NCBI GenBank assembly: GCA_018646195.1
Contig: JABGVH010000199.1
Coordinates: 8,619-72,618 of the forward strand
DNA length: 64,000 bases
Source of the DNA: Halobacteriovoraceae bacterium
GTDB taxonomy: Bacteria > Bdellovibrionota > Bacteriovoracia > Bacteriovoracales > Bacteriovoracaceae
Direction of reading: 5' to 3'
Shown piece after piece: positions 21,065-30,534 of the stretch. Numbering within the stretch: position 1 is the first letter of the stretch; each line of letters starts with the position of its first letter. The notes under the pieces were generated by a model. It had not been told where the DNA came from. It was given only the letters and a program-made list of their open reading frames with translations, and did not search any database. A program made the position numbers and the translations under genes.

Positions 21065-22381
21065 ATGATTTCACGCTATGACAAAGAAGAAATTTCTCGC
21101 ATCTGGAAAGATGAGAATAAATTTAATACTTACTTAAGGGCCGAACTTGCAATATTAGAGGCCATCGAAGGCGACAAGATACCTAAGGGGACTTGTCAAA
21201 AAATTCGAGAGGTCGCCGTTATCAATGCTCAGAGGATTGAGGAAATCGAGGCCATTACCCGGCATGATGTGATTGCTTTTTGTAGCTCAATCACAGAGAA
21301 CTTAGACCCTGAGGTTGGCAAGTATTTTCACTTTGGTGTCACTTCTTCTGACATAATCGATACGGCACTAACTCTGCAAATTAAAGAATCATTAGAATTA
21401 ATCCTCCCACAATTCAAAGAACTTCTAGTTAGTCTAAAAGCTCGCGCCGTCGAAATGAAAGATGTAATGGCGATGGGACGCTCTCATGGGATGTATGCTG
21501 AACCATTAAGCTTTGGCCAAAAACTGTTAGGGCACTATAACGAATTTTCTCGTCGCTATAAAGAGCTCCTAGAATTCTATGAAAATGAACTAACTATCCA
21601 ATTTTCAGGGGCAGTAGGAAACTATACCATCCTCACGCCTGAACAAGAACTACAAGCCGCCAACACCCTCGGAGTCAAAGTCGAGCCCCATTCGACCCAA
21701 GTTATTCCAAGAGACCGCATAGCCAAACTAGTGGGCATTAACGCATTAACCGGAGCAGCAATTGAAAGAATTGCCGTGGAGATCCGCCATCTTCATCGCT
21801 CAGAAGTTAATGAACTTCATGAAGGCTTCGCTAAAGGACAAAAAGGCTCCTCGACAATGCCGCATAAGAAAAATCCTATTTCGGGCGAGAATTTAACTGG
21901 AATGGCGCGAATGCTGCGCTCTCATAATTTGATCGCATTAGATAATATTGTACTTTGGCATGAAAGAGATATTTCGCATTCCTCTGCTGAGCGCTTTTAC
22001 CTTCCTGATAATTTCGGCATATTATTTTATGCCTTAGGAAGACTCAAAAACACAGTCGATAATTTAGCATTCCATAATGAGGTCATAGAGGACCGAGTAA
22101 ATCGTACTGCCACATACCTCTCTAGCTATTACCTTCATCATCTAATTCAAAAAACTGATTTTTCCAGAGATGATCTTTACAAAGTTGTTCAGGAGGCCGC
22201 GTTTTCCGGTGGCCAAAGTAATACTGCTGAAGATTTTCATAAAATACTTATGGGATTAATGGAGATTAAAGGAATTACGTTGGATTTACCCAAACCTGAC
22301 TTAGACGAAATAAAAAGAATTTTTACCAGCCAGGTTGATAACGTTTTTAAGCGCTCTTTAAAGGCTTATCCTTTAGACTAG
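21065..22381 (+). CDS. purB: Adenylosuccinate lyase
   Basis: TRHDVIAF, HFGVTSSD, GRSHG, GSSTMPHKKNP, LWHERDISHSS. Confidence 0.97.
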   Translation: MISRYDKEEISRIWKDENKFNTYLRAELAILEAIEGDKIPKGTCQKIREVAVINAQRIEEIEAITRHDVIAFCSSITENLDPEVGKYFHFGVTSSDIIDTALTLQIKESLELILPQFKELLVSLKARAVEMKDVMAMGRSHGMYAEPLSFGQKLLGHYNEFSRRYKELLEFYENELTIQFSGAVGNYTILTPEQELQAANTLGVKVEPHSTQVIPRDRIAKLVGINALTGAAIERIAVEIRHLHRSEVNELHEGFAKGQKGSSTMPHKKNPISGENLTGMARMLRSHNLIALDNIVLWHERDISHSSAERFYLPDNFGILFYALGRLKNTVDNLAFHNEVIEDRVNRTATYLSSYYLHHLIQKTDFSRDDLYKVVQEAAFSGGQSNTAEDFHKILMGLMEIKGITLDLPKPDLDEIKRIFTSQVDNVFKRSLKAYPLD

Positions 22382-22538
22382 TATTATTATCAAGAAAATG
22401 CAGCTCTTCGAGTTTACTCAGAGAGGTACGTAAATTCTCAATTGATTCAAGAGTCAGCTCCCCATGCTTTGTTAGCAGGTTCATATCAATACTTTGTTGG
22501 AAAATATCATTCGCAATTTTTCTCATCTCTTTCTTCAT
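22347..22538 (-). CDS. Small hypothetical protein (63 aa)
   Basis: AGGAGG RBS before ATG 22538; sigma28-like TTTAGTTT-N11-CCCGATGG at 22600-22574. Confidence 0.55.
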   Translation of the reverse strand: MKKEMRKIANDIFQQSIDMNLLTKHGELTLESIENLRTSLSKLEELHFLDNNTSLKDKPLKSA

Positions 22539-22764
22539 TCTTCCTCCTGAATCCAAATTAATGAGCCTCCTGCCCATCGGGTGATTCATTTTAAACTAAA
22601 CCAAAAAAACTTAAAAATATAATTATTCTATAGACCACATTCTTGACCCAAGTACTTTTTACCTCACAATTAAGTGACATAAGCCTAACTTACTGTTTTC
22701 CATTTAATGACATCTTAATGGTGGTCGCTAGGCATACTTAGAAATGTAGAAAGTAACAATCGGA

Positions 22765-22965
22765 GTGAAAATGAAACTACAAAATAAAACTAAAAACCAA
22801 TATGTCCTTTTCTTTATGGTGGCGGGTGTTATGTCGCTCGCCTCTTGTACAACTACCACTACTAAAATAGTCAACAAAACCAAGGAGGAAGGTTTATCAC
22901 AACAAACGTCTCAAAGTTTCAAGGTTCCTATGTTTTGGAAAAAGGAACTCGTCAACAAAACCTAA
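22765..22965 (+). CDS. Small putative lipoprotein
   Basis: Lipobox LASC, GGAG upstream of ATG 22771, downstream terminator. Confidence 0.55.
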   Translation: MKMKLQNKTKNQYVLFFMVAGVMSLASCTTTTTKIVNKTKEEGLSQQTSQSFKVPMFWKKELVNKT

Positions 22966-23003
22966 GAAAAGGCATACTCCGACGCATCTCCCTCATTCGT
23001 CCT

Positions 23004-23030
23004 AGGCCCCCTTAACAGGGGGTCTTTTTT
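23004..23030 (+). terminator. Rho-independent terminator between convergent genes
   Basis: GGCCCCCT-TAAC-AGGGGGTC followed by TTTTTT. Confidence 0.8.
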
Positions 23031-24102
23031 ATACCAAATCTGAGTTTTGCTCTTTAAGTTGTGCAACAATTTTTTTAATATCTTGTGAACGGGATTTAGG
23101 CAGAACCACCACAGATTTACCATTTGAAACGACGATCAAGTCTTCAACTCCAATCAACGAAACATGCATTCCTGGAGCAAAGGCAATATTTCCACTAGCA
23201 TCTAATTGAAAGTGACCATTGTCTGCAACCCAGGTATTTCCATCTTCGGAAGGAAGAACCGACTCGAGAGCATCCCAGGAACCTATATCATTCCAATCAA
23301 ATTCAGCGGGAACCACCATTACCTTATTCGACTTTTCCATCACTGCATAATCAATACTCTCAGCAGGGATCTGATCATAAACTTCGGCAATCCGTTGATC
23401 ATTTCCATGAGCACTAACCAGAGAATTAAAATGAGTAAACATTTCGGGTGCATGCCCATTGAACTCTTCTTTTAAGGTTCCTATGGTACTTACAAACATT
23501 CCCGCATTCCAAAAATAATTCCCATCAGCAAGATAAGTTTCCGCAGTCACTTTGTCTGGTTTCTCTACAAATTGATTGACCTCAAATACGCCATCAGTAT
23601 TACCATCACCGGCCTTAATATAACCAAATCCTGTATGGGGACTTTCGGGGGTAATCCCTATAGTAACTATTTTGCCTTCACTTCTAGCAGCAGCGCTGGC
23701 CTTCTCTATTGTCTTTTGAAATCCTGAAGTATTTTTAATTACGTGGTCACTAGTTACAATACTGACTACATCCTCATCTCTTGCGCCCTCTGCAACAAGT
23801 GAAGCGAGAGCTAAAAGTATGCAGGGAGCCGTGTTACGACCAGCGGGTTCGAAAATAAAGTTTTTTGGATTAATTTCGCCTTCAGAACATTCTTTCGCCA
23901 AACTTTCTTGCATTTTAACGGTCACAATATAACGCTTATCAGTTCCAATCAAATCTCCAAAACGAGAAAGAGAGGCATGCAATAACGATTTTTCACTTAC
24001 AAGTGAAAGGTATTGCTTTGGTTTTTTTGAAGTGGACTCAGGCCAGAATCGAGTTCCCTGCCCACCGGCCATAACTAGACCATAGAGAGTATACTGGCTC
24101 AT
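23029..24102 (-). CDS. manC: Mannose-1-phosphate guanylyltransferase (no PMI domain)
   Basis: MAGGQGTRFWP.S..PKQ, EP.GRNTAP, FVEKP, WNAGMF, SIDYAVME, WNDIGSW. Confidence 0.93.
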   Translation of the reverse strand: MSQYTLYGLVMAGGQGTRFWPESTSKKPKQYLSLVSEKSLLHASLSRFGDLIGTDKRYIVTVKMQESLAKECSEGEINPKNFIFEPAGRNTAPCILLALASLVAEGARDEDVVSIVTSDHVIKNTSGFQKTIEKASAAARSEGKIVTIGITPESPHTGFGYIKAGDGNTDGVFEVNQFVEKPDKVTAETYLADGNYFWNAGMFVSTIGTLKEEFNGHAPEMFTHFNSLVSAHGNDQRIAEVYDQIPAESIDYAVMEKSNKVMVVPAEFDWNDIGSWDALESVLPSEDGNTWVADNGHFQLDASGNIAFAPGMHVSLIGVEDLIVVSNGKSVVVLPKSRSQDIKKIVAQLKEQNSDLV

Positions 24103-24125
24103 ACCAGCTCCTTGTATTTTAAGAT

Positions 24126-24830
24126 TTAATCAAATTGAATAAAAACGTAGTCTTGTCCCATAAAGAGTTCTTTTTCTTTTAGCACATACTCTTTAGTTTC
24201 GGCCAGATTGGCAAAGACGCCTAAGCTAACTCGGTACCAGGTTCCACGGGACTTAACTTCGACTTCGTTAATTATTGGATTGTATCCCCTTATCTTAAAA
24301 GCTTTCGCAAACTCTTCTGCTTCGTTAAGGGTTCTATGAGATGAAAGTTGAATTGTGTATTTCCCGCTGTATTTATCACGTGTAGAGGAAGGCGGTGCAT
24401 TTTCGGGTGTTGATTCAGTGACTGGTATTACAATTTTCTTGGGATTTTCTATCTTGGCAACCGGCTCAATCGCCTTTGCCGGGATTATTTCATTTTTTTT
24501 TTGAGTCTCTGCCGCAGCTGCCGCTTCCTCTTGAGTAAATTCACGCTCAATTTTCTTTCTTAGGTTGTCGTGCATTTCCTGCTGAAGCTCTTGCGGAGTC
24601 TTTTCACCTGGACGATCTTCCTCCATTTGCTTATGTACTTTTTCTTCCTGGCCAGAAAGAAGGTCCACTTTTTCACGATCTTCAGTCGTGAAGCCTTCTC
24701 TTTGAAATGAAAATTTCTTGCCTACCTTAACACCAAACACAAAAGAGGTTGTGGCTATTAACAGCATAAAAAGGAAAATCAGAAAGACTTCCTTTTTGGC
24801 AAATACAAATAGTTTTGCTTTTTCGTCCAT
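24126..24830 (-). CDS. Membrane-anchored SPOR domain protein (FtsN/DedD-like)
   Basis: N-terminal TM, linker, YTIQLSSH...WYRVSLG SPOR domain. Confidence 0.88.
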   Translation of the reverse strand: MDEKAKLFVFAKKEVFLIFLFMLLIATTSFVFGVKVGKKFSFQREGFTTEDREKVDLLSGQEEKVHKQMEEDRPGEKTPQELQQEMHDNLRKKIEREFTQEEAAAAAETQKKNEIIPAKAIEPVAKIENPKKIVIPVTESTPENAPPSSTRDKYSGKYTIQLSSHRTLNEAEEFAKAFKIRGYNPIINEVEVKSRGTWYRVSLGVFANLAETKEYVLKEKELFMGQDYVFIQFD

Positions 24831-24949
24831 ACAGTAATTTTAAGGGTATACGCGATTTGATGCAAAAGCTTTCTGGACCGAATTTAGTTCCTTAAAGGAC
24901 TTTTAATACCAGACGATATTCCTAACCTATTAAATAAGGGTTTATTTTC

Positions 24950-24966
24950 TTGGCATCATTCTGGCA
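24950..24966 (+). promoter_or_regulatory. sigma54 promoter for the flp pilin cluster
   Basis: TTGGCAT-cattc-TGGCA with correct -24 GG / -12 GC spacing, upstream of AGGAGG and the pilin start. Confidence 0.65.
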
Positions 24967-25004
24967 TCAATGCCCATCGTAGTTTCAATAGGAGGACTTC
25001 AAGC

Positions 25005-25187
25005 ATGCTAAAAGTAATTCGAGGAAAATTTAAGTCAGAGAAAGGCCAGGGTGTCATGGAATACATCATAATCTCAAGCTTAGTGGGAATATTTTGCCTG
25101 GTCGCAGTAAAGCAATTTGGAAATGTAGTTCAAAAACGTGTTTTAAATATGAAAGAGCAAATAGTTGAGAATATTCCAGTTAACTAA
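25005..25187 (+). CDS. flp: Flp family type IVc pilin
   Basis: 60 aa, KG|QGVMEY cleavage site with E+5/Y+6, hydrophobic helix, strong RBS. Confidence 0.9.
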   Translation: MLKVIRGKFKSEKGQGVMEYIIISSLVGIFCLVAVKQFGNVVQKRVLNMKEQIVENIPVN

Positions 25188-25483
25188 TGTCTATTATAAC
25201 TCAACTTGGATTCATCTCATTGGCGCTTTGGTGTGTTTTCCAAATTACTGAAAGCATTACCGATTCTCTTTGTAATCAAAAATTTTGGTCTAAATCCATA
25301 AGAACGCATCTCTCCTCTTTTCATGTCACGAAAAGAAAGAGGTTTCATTTTAAATCATGCAATAGACATGAAACATTAATCAGAAAAATAAATACTTTTC
25401 AGAGCAAAAGTACCTCCAAAAGTAAAAAATCATTTAGCATTTTTATTGCTACGAAAACGGGGCTTGATGCATATAAGAAGTGA
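25187..25483 (+). CDS. Hypothetical protein in the Tad cluster (possible minor pilin)
   Basis: Translationally coupled to flp; N-terminal hydrophobic helix; two Cys in the soluble part. Confidence 0.5.
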   Translation: MSIITQLGFISLALWCVFQITESITDSLCNQKFWSKSIRTHLSSFHVTKRKRFHFKSCNRHETLIRKINTFQSKSTSKSKKSFSIFIATKTGLDAYKK

Positions 25484-26078
25484 AAGAGGTAGTATAACTT
25501 TCCTTGGACTATTATTCGCCTTATTCATAGTAAGCTCTACTTTGATCCACTTGTATACACTTTCACAACTACACATCAAAACACGAAATAAAATTAAGAT
25601 ATACCTATGTTTCAAAAGACAGATTAAATTAACAAAAAATTATCTAAGTAAGATGGGGAAACTAAATAAGCTAATCAGTTATTCCTACAAGGCATCTTTT
25701 ATTCCAGCCACGTCAGCAATTTCAAAAGTGACCCACAAGTCACTAATAATATCTCAGCGAATATTTCATGCATCAGTTTTGAAAAACATATCACTTCTAA
25801 AAGATTGTCCCTTTACTAGCCGAGTTAATCACCTTAGATCTTTGCCTTACCAACGTCGATTAGGAATATTTCTCAAACGACATTTAGATGGTACTGCGAA
25901 ACTGAGAACTCATAGATGGAAAATGAAAACAAGTCATTCAATACTCAATTTTTATCTTCAAGTAGATATGAAAGTAAAAAATCGATTTTCAAATTCTCTT
26001 TTCGCTACAAAAACAAAAGAAGTTCGGAAAAGGGTGAAGCCATACTTGAATGGATGGTCTGGATTTCATTTCTATTAA
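25467..26078 (+). CDS. TadG/TadE-like pseudopilin
   Basis: SERG|SITFLGLLFALF prepilin-like N-terminus from ATG 25467. Confidence 0.55.
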   Translation: MHIRSERGSITFLGLLFALFIVSSTLIHLYTLSQLHIKTRNKIKIYLCFKRQIKLTKNYLSKMGKLNKLISYSYKASFIPATSAISKVTHKSLIISQRIFHASVLKNISLLKDCPFTSRVNHLRSLPYQRRLGIFLKRHLDGTAKLRTHRWKMKTSHSILNFYLQVDMKVKNRFSNSLFATKTKEVRKRVKPYLNGWSGFHFY

Positions 26079-26179
26079 CTTTATTACTATTTAATTTAGA
26101 TATACATCAAAAATTTAAATCTAAGAGAGTTTCATTACAAAGGAGTTTTGAGCTTGAATGGGATAATATCAAGCCCTAA
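25916..26179 (+). CDS. TadE-like small pseudopilin (start uncertain)
   Basis: SEKG|EAILEW with E+5, followed by a hydrophobic helix. Confidence 0.5.
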   Translation: MENENKSFNTQFLSSSRYESKKSIFKFSFRYKNKRSSEKGEAILEWMVWISFLLTLLLFNLDIHQKFKSKRVSLQRSFELEWDNIKP

Positions 26180-26606
26180 AAAGGCAATCCAAATTTTAAA
26201 ATTACGATTCTCCCTAGCGATACTAATTAGCAACCTGTCATTGGCAATATTGCTGTGGCCGAGCAAACGGCCGCTAATCGTACAATCAAACCCAAAGAAA
26301 CTCAGACCTGGGCATAATTTAATTACCCTGCCTCTGAAAAACTTCGTCCCCTTTCAGACCGGTCAAAAAGAGGTAGCGGTAAGTCTATATAGTGATTCAA
26401 AAAAAATCATAGTCCCTAAAGCTTATGTCAAATCAAAGAAGATCTCTTCCAGCAATAATGAAAATATAATTTTTTTAGTAGAATTGCCTAGTAAGTACCT
26501 ATTAAAAATAATAGAGCTGAATTCAAAGTCATTATTTGCTTATCCACCGTCTAATATTTTAAAAACTAGCAAAAAAAGGAAATATAATTATGAATTTATA
26601 TTTTAA
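26148..26606 (+). CDS. Putative RcpC/CpaB-like periplasmic protein
   Basis: TM anchor then a beta-rich domain; position in the Tad cluster. Similarity is weak. Confidence 0.4.
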   Translation: MSLNGIISSPKKAIQILKLRFSLAILISNLSLAILLWPSKRPLIVQSNPKKLRPGHNLITLPLKNFVPFQTGQKEVAVSLYSDSKKIIVPKAYVKSKKISSSNNENIIFLVELPSKYLLKIIELNSKSLFAYPPSNILKTSKKRKYNYEFIF

Positions 26607-26922
26607 CTTTTGGATTATACATTTTTTATTATTGGTTCTTTTGATTCAACCTATACATGGCCGAGAGGTTATATTGATCAATTTTGATCAGGATTCTTCT
26701 GAACCAAAGGCCCATAAAATACATCAGATCATTACGGAGAAACTTTCGATTCCAAAAGAGTTAGTCAAAACACAGAAAACAAAGGACCCCTGTGTTGAAC
26801 AAAGTCTTGTCTTCTTGCAAATATGTATCACAAACAAAGGACAGGTATATTATCCCGTAATTAAAAGGGCTGAACTAAAGCGGACATTTGCAGTTTTTTT
26901 GGAGGAAAGAAATGAAAATTAA
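26590..26922 (+). CDS. Secreted hypothetical protein in the Tad cluster
   Basis: Signal peptide ending IHG, two Cys. Confidence 0.55.
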   Translation: MNLYFNFWIIHFLLLVLLIQPIHGREVILINFDQDSSEPKAHKIHQIITEKLSIPKELVKTQKTKDPCVEQSLVFLQICITNKGQVYYPVIKRAELKRTFAVFLEERNEN

Positions 26923-28366
26923 AAAATTCTATTTCTCGTGGATCACAAACTTAGGAGTAGTTCCACGGTTTCTATCAGAAGCTTTTCTACGTTTACCAGC
27001 AGACTTTTTCTTATTGGCCCTGCGATTTTTTGTTACACGTGTATTTGAAACCATATCTAAACTCCTGAGAGATTTTAAAACTTTTAATAAGATCAAGTAT
27101 TTACCTATTTGGCTGCTTTCTGTCAATTGCGCGACAGCTGAAGTGCTAAGAAATCCGCAACATATTATAATCTCGAGAGGTGAGCACCGGGAAATCAGCG
27201 TCCCTAGACTGGAGAAATTCACTGTGGGGAATAATGACACGCTGTCCCATAAGCTTTTCAAAGTCCGCTCTATTCTTCTGATAAAAGGTAAAAAAATAGG
27301 TTACAGCGAAATTGTAATCTGGAAAAAGGGCTGAATTAAAGAAATTTATCGAGTCTATGTTCTCTCCAAAAAACAACACCTGAAACTACTTCATCTAGTT
27401 CAGGCACTCGAGGGACTAGGATTAAATACAGAACTCAAGGGTCCCCTGGTTCGAGTGTCTGGAGTGATAGCGAGCCTTCATGAGTATAAGTATATATTGC
27501 GCCTGAACAAAGAATGGAAAGACAAAATTCACTTCGAAGTTAGGCTTTCAAAAAAGCTTAGAAACCTAGTGATTGGCCGAGTTTATCATGCGATCCTCAG
27601 CGAGTTTATAGATGATATAGCCTGCCGAGCTGAAGGAATCAAAATTTTCTGCCATTATTCTGAATCTCAACCTCCTTCTCCATCAATTCGAAAACATCTT
27701 CAAAATTCATATGGCGTAAAATTTATATCTCTAAATAGAAATATTAAGTCAAAAAATTACAGATTACGTTTAAAATTAATACAAATTGAAAAACTAGATG
27801 GGGAAGAGATTTCTTTAGGCCTCGATCGACTATCGGGCTCATTAGATGAGCTTTTCAACTCTGGCGTAGAAGGAATAATTAGAAAAAATAAATTACTCTT
27901 AAGCCGTAGGCAAGTAAAAATTTCTACTTTGGCTGAACCACAATCTATCATGAGGTTGAATTCTCCTCTAGCAATTCAGGTTGGATCTCAAATCCCAATA
28001 AAGACTAAGAATGACCTTGCAGGCTTATCCACTACAGAATGGAAGTTTGTAGGTCTTAACATAAAAGTTATCGCAGAAAGGATTGGTGACAATTTTAAAA
28101 TAAAATATACTACTGAATTTTCACGGCCAGGAGAAGGAGGCTCTTTGACTGGCAGTAAAGAGATTTCAAGTGCAATAGTTCCATTAGGGAAAGCAGTCGA
28201 GCTCTTCCAGATAACATTTCAAACTAGTGGCGAAAATAACTCTAGACTTCCGTGGTTATCAAAGATCCCGCTGCTCGGAAAAATTTTTGAATCTAATTCT
28301 AAACAAGCAATATACAAGAATATAAGTGGTGTTGTTATTCTAGAGGATGTAAGTGAACCAATATAG
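26912..28366 (+). pseudogene. RcpA/CpaC-type pilus secretin interrupted by an in-frame TGA at 27332-27334
   Basis: Track ORFs 26888..27334 and 27455..28366 share one frame, and the frame between them is open after the single TGA (WKKG*IKEIYRVYV...GPLVRVSG). The first part has the pilus N-domain (LLIKGKKIGYSEIVIW); the second has the secretin tail LPWLSKIPLLGKIF. Confidence 0.75.
26929..27054 (-). CDS. 41-aa highly basic small protein
   Basis: MVSNTRVTKNRRANKKKSAGKRRKASDRNRGTTPKFVIHEK; AGGAG 7 nt before ATG 27054; 15 K/R residues. Confidence 0.7.
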   Translation of the reverse strand: MVSNTRVTKNRRANKKKSAGKRRKASDRNRGTTPKFVIHEK

Positions 28367-29489
28367 GAAATATTCAAATGAATTGAGAAGGCAAATAAAA
28401 CTATCGATGGATCAGGGAATTAATATTTCATTTGAGACAATCAAAGAAAAAATTACTTCTGTTCTCGATTTGTGGGGGCTGTCTGAGGATGAAGAATCCG
28501 ATTTATTTATTCTGTACTCAAAGCTTACGAACTGGAGCGCGCTAGAAAAATTTCTCGTAACCCCAGACCTAACTGAAGTTCTACTTCACTCATATTCATA
28601 TATACAAGTCGACACTTTTAGCTCTCATGGACTATTAAACTATGAAATAAGTTTTGAGAATGAGGAAGACTTACAACTTTCAATTGAAGTTTTTGCATTC
28701 AAAAATAGCCAATCTTGGAATAGCTTAGACCCATTCAAAAGTTTTTATTCCATTATTTTTAAAAGAAGTTTTAGGGTTACGTTAATACATGGATCATTGT
28801 GTTCAAATGGATCTCCCAAAATATTTTTTAGACGTACAAAAGAAGAGTTCCTTAGTATTGATTCTTTTACTAACACCATTGACCAGAAAAAATGGCTCGA
28901 GGAAAAAATTAGAAAGAAATCAAATATTATTATTAGTGGTGCTACAGGATCTGGAAAAACAACATTAATGAATTCCTTTATCCACAATATTAATATTGAA
29001 GAACACTTAATTTTATTAGAGGATGTACATGAATTTCCTGGTAAAGATCCACATATCTCTTGCCTTCTTAGCGGAAAAAAAACTCTCGTTGATTATTGCC
29101 ACTATGCACTTCGCATGCGCCCTGATCGCATTATGATTGGGGAGTTACGTGGAGCTGAGATCATTCCCTTTTTTCTTTCCATGAATACAGGGCACAAAGG
29201 GATGCTGACAACTCTTCATGCCAACTCTGCAAGTGACTCGATTGAGCGCCTGGGAACTCTATTCGCACTTTATAGTAAATCTAAAGATCTTCCTTACGAA
29301 AAGGTATTTTCTTTAATTTGCCAAAACCTTGATTACATAATTTTTATGGAAGAAAAGAGAATTGTTGAAGTAATTAAAATACTTGGAGCAGATGGCAATC
29401 GATCAATCTTTCAAAAAGTACCAGAGTTTAATTTGTTAGAAGATGGAGCTTTTCAAGCCATTCCCGACCTTCACTTAGGGGGACCTTGA
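28353..29489 (+). CDS. cpaF: Tad pilus assembly ATPase (TadA/CpaF, VirB11 family)
   Basis: SGATGSGKTT, LED..E, ALRMRPDRIMIGELRG, NTGH.G..TLHANS. Confidence 0.92.
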   Translation: MNQYRKYSNELRRQIKLSMDQGINISFETIKEKITSVLDLWGLSEDEESDLFILYSKLTNWSALEKFLVTPDLTEVLLHSYSYIQVDTFSSHGLLNYEISFENEEDLQLSIEVFAFKNSQSWNSLDPFKSFYSIIFKRSFRVTLIHGSLCSNGSPKIFFRRTKEEFLSIDSFTNTIDQKKWLEEKIRKKSNIIISGATGSGKTTLMNSFIHNINIEEHLILLEDVHEFPGKDPHISCLLSGKKTLVDYCHYALRMRPDRIMIGELRGAEIIPFFLSMNTGHKGMLTTLHANSASDSIERLGTLFALYSKSKDLPYEKVFSLICQNLDYIIFMEEKRIVEVIKILGADGNRSIFQKVPEFNLLEDGAFQAIPDLHLGGP

Positions 29490-30534
29490 ATTGAAGAAAG
29501 CAGTCCCCTTTGTTGAAGGCCTCAAGAGGTAAAGCTGCCTCGTCGATAGACCAGCCTATCAAGGTTAGGATTGAGTAATCTAATTCTTCTTTTATACTTA
29601 TCGCTCTTGGCCCCACATGCTTTGTCACACCTGGGCGAATGATCGTACCCCCAAGTTCAGGATTAAGCGAAGAACTAACAATAATCGGAATTCCATTTCT
29701 TCTAGCGGCTTCCATTGTTCGGGGAAAAAGTACCTTACTTCCACCTAGGGTGAGGGCGGTTGCTTCTTCGTAGCTAAGTTCAGGGATAATTTTAGTTTTG
29801 CTTAATTTTCTTGGATCGCCACTGGCGACACCAGGTATATCGCTCCATATTTGAATCTCTTCAGACCCTAAGGCCTCAGCAAATAAAGCGGCGCTGTAGT
29901 CTGACCCTTCCCTGCCGAGAGTCGTTGTATCTCCAACCTCGTTCGATCCAATAAATCCTTGGGTAACAATAATATTATTTTCCTGAATATATTTTGATAA
30001 ATATTTTTCTGATAAGCTACAAATATCCTTGATACAAGGATTGGCCTTACTCCATGAAGAATCAGTTTTTAATACTTGCCTGGCATCAAAATATATAACT
30101 TCTTTCTCAGGCCCCAGTTTTTCTTTGAGTACCTGATAAAAAAGGCGAGAAGAAAGACGTTCACCGATGCCATATAGTTGATCTAGTAACTTTAAATTTT
30201 CATCAGGAGTACGAATTAGGTCAGATAGAATCTGTTGCCCCTCTTCAATGACTTCCTTTAAAAAAAATTTAATCTCGCTGCCTCCGATTAACTCTCCGGC
30301 CATATCCAAGTGTTTTTCTTTAATAGAATCAAGAACTATTGAGGCGTGTTTATTCTTGCCGTTCAAAGCGCTGTTATAAATTTCTTCTAACTCATTGGTG
30401 GTATTATAAGTTGCACTGAGAATAACTAAATTTATTTCAGAATCAGCACTTACGATCTGGGCACATCTCTCCATGCTTTTGCAGTCTTTTACGCTGCTTC
30501 CGCCGAATTTCGCAACAATCTTCTTTGAGGACAT
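29428..30534 (-). CDS. lysC: Aspartate kinase with shortened regulatory region
   Basis: VAKFGGSSV, GERLSS, TQGFIG, TLGREGSDYSA, SYEEA. Confidence 0.9.
   Translation of the reverse strand: MSSKKIVAKFGGSSVKDCKSMERCAQIVSADSEINLVILSATYNTTNELEEIYNSALNGKNKHASIVLDSIKEKHLDMAGELIGGSEIKFFLKEVIEEGQQILSDLIRTPDENLKLLDQLYGIGERLSSRLFYQVLKEKLGPEKEVIYFDARQVLKTDSSWSKANPCIKDICSLSEKYLSKYIQENNIIVTQGFIGSNEVGDTTTLGREGSDYSAALFAEALGSEEIQIWSDIPGVASGDPRKLSKTKIIPELSYEEATALTLGGSKVLFPRTMEAARRNGIPIIVSSSLNPELGGTIIRPGVTKHVGPRAISIKEELDYSILTLIGWSIDEAALPLEAFNKGDCFLQFKVPLSEGREWLEKLHLLTN

Noticed and set aside
27332..27334. Genome-wide UGA recoding (code 4/25) or selenocysteine at the secretin TGA
   Set aside because: TGA ends several conserved genes here at their normal C-termini (kdsB, kdsA, kdsC, ybeD-like, rlmI-like), other long genes have no internal TGA, and the site is not a redox Cys position.
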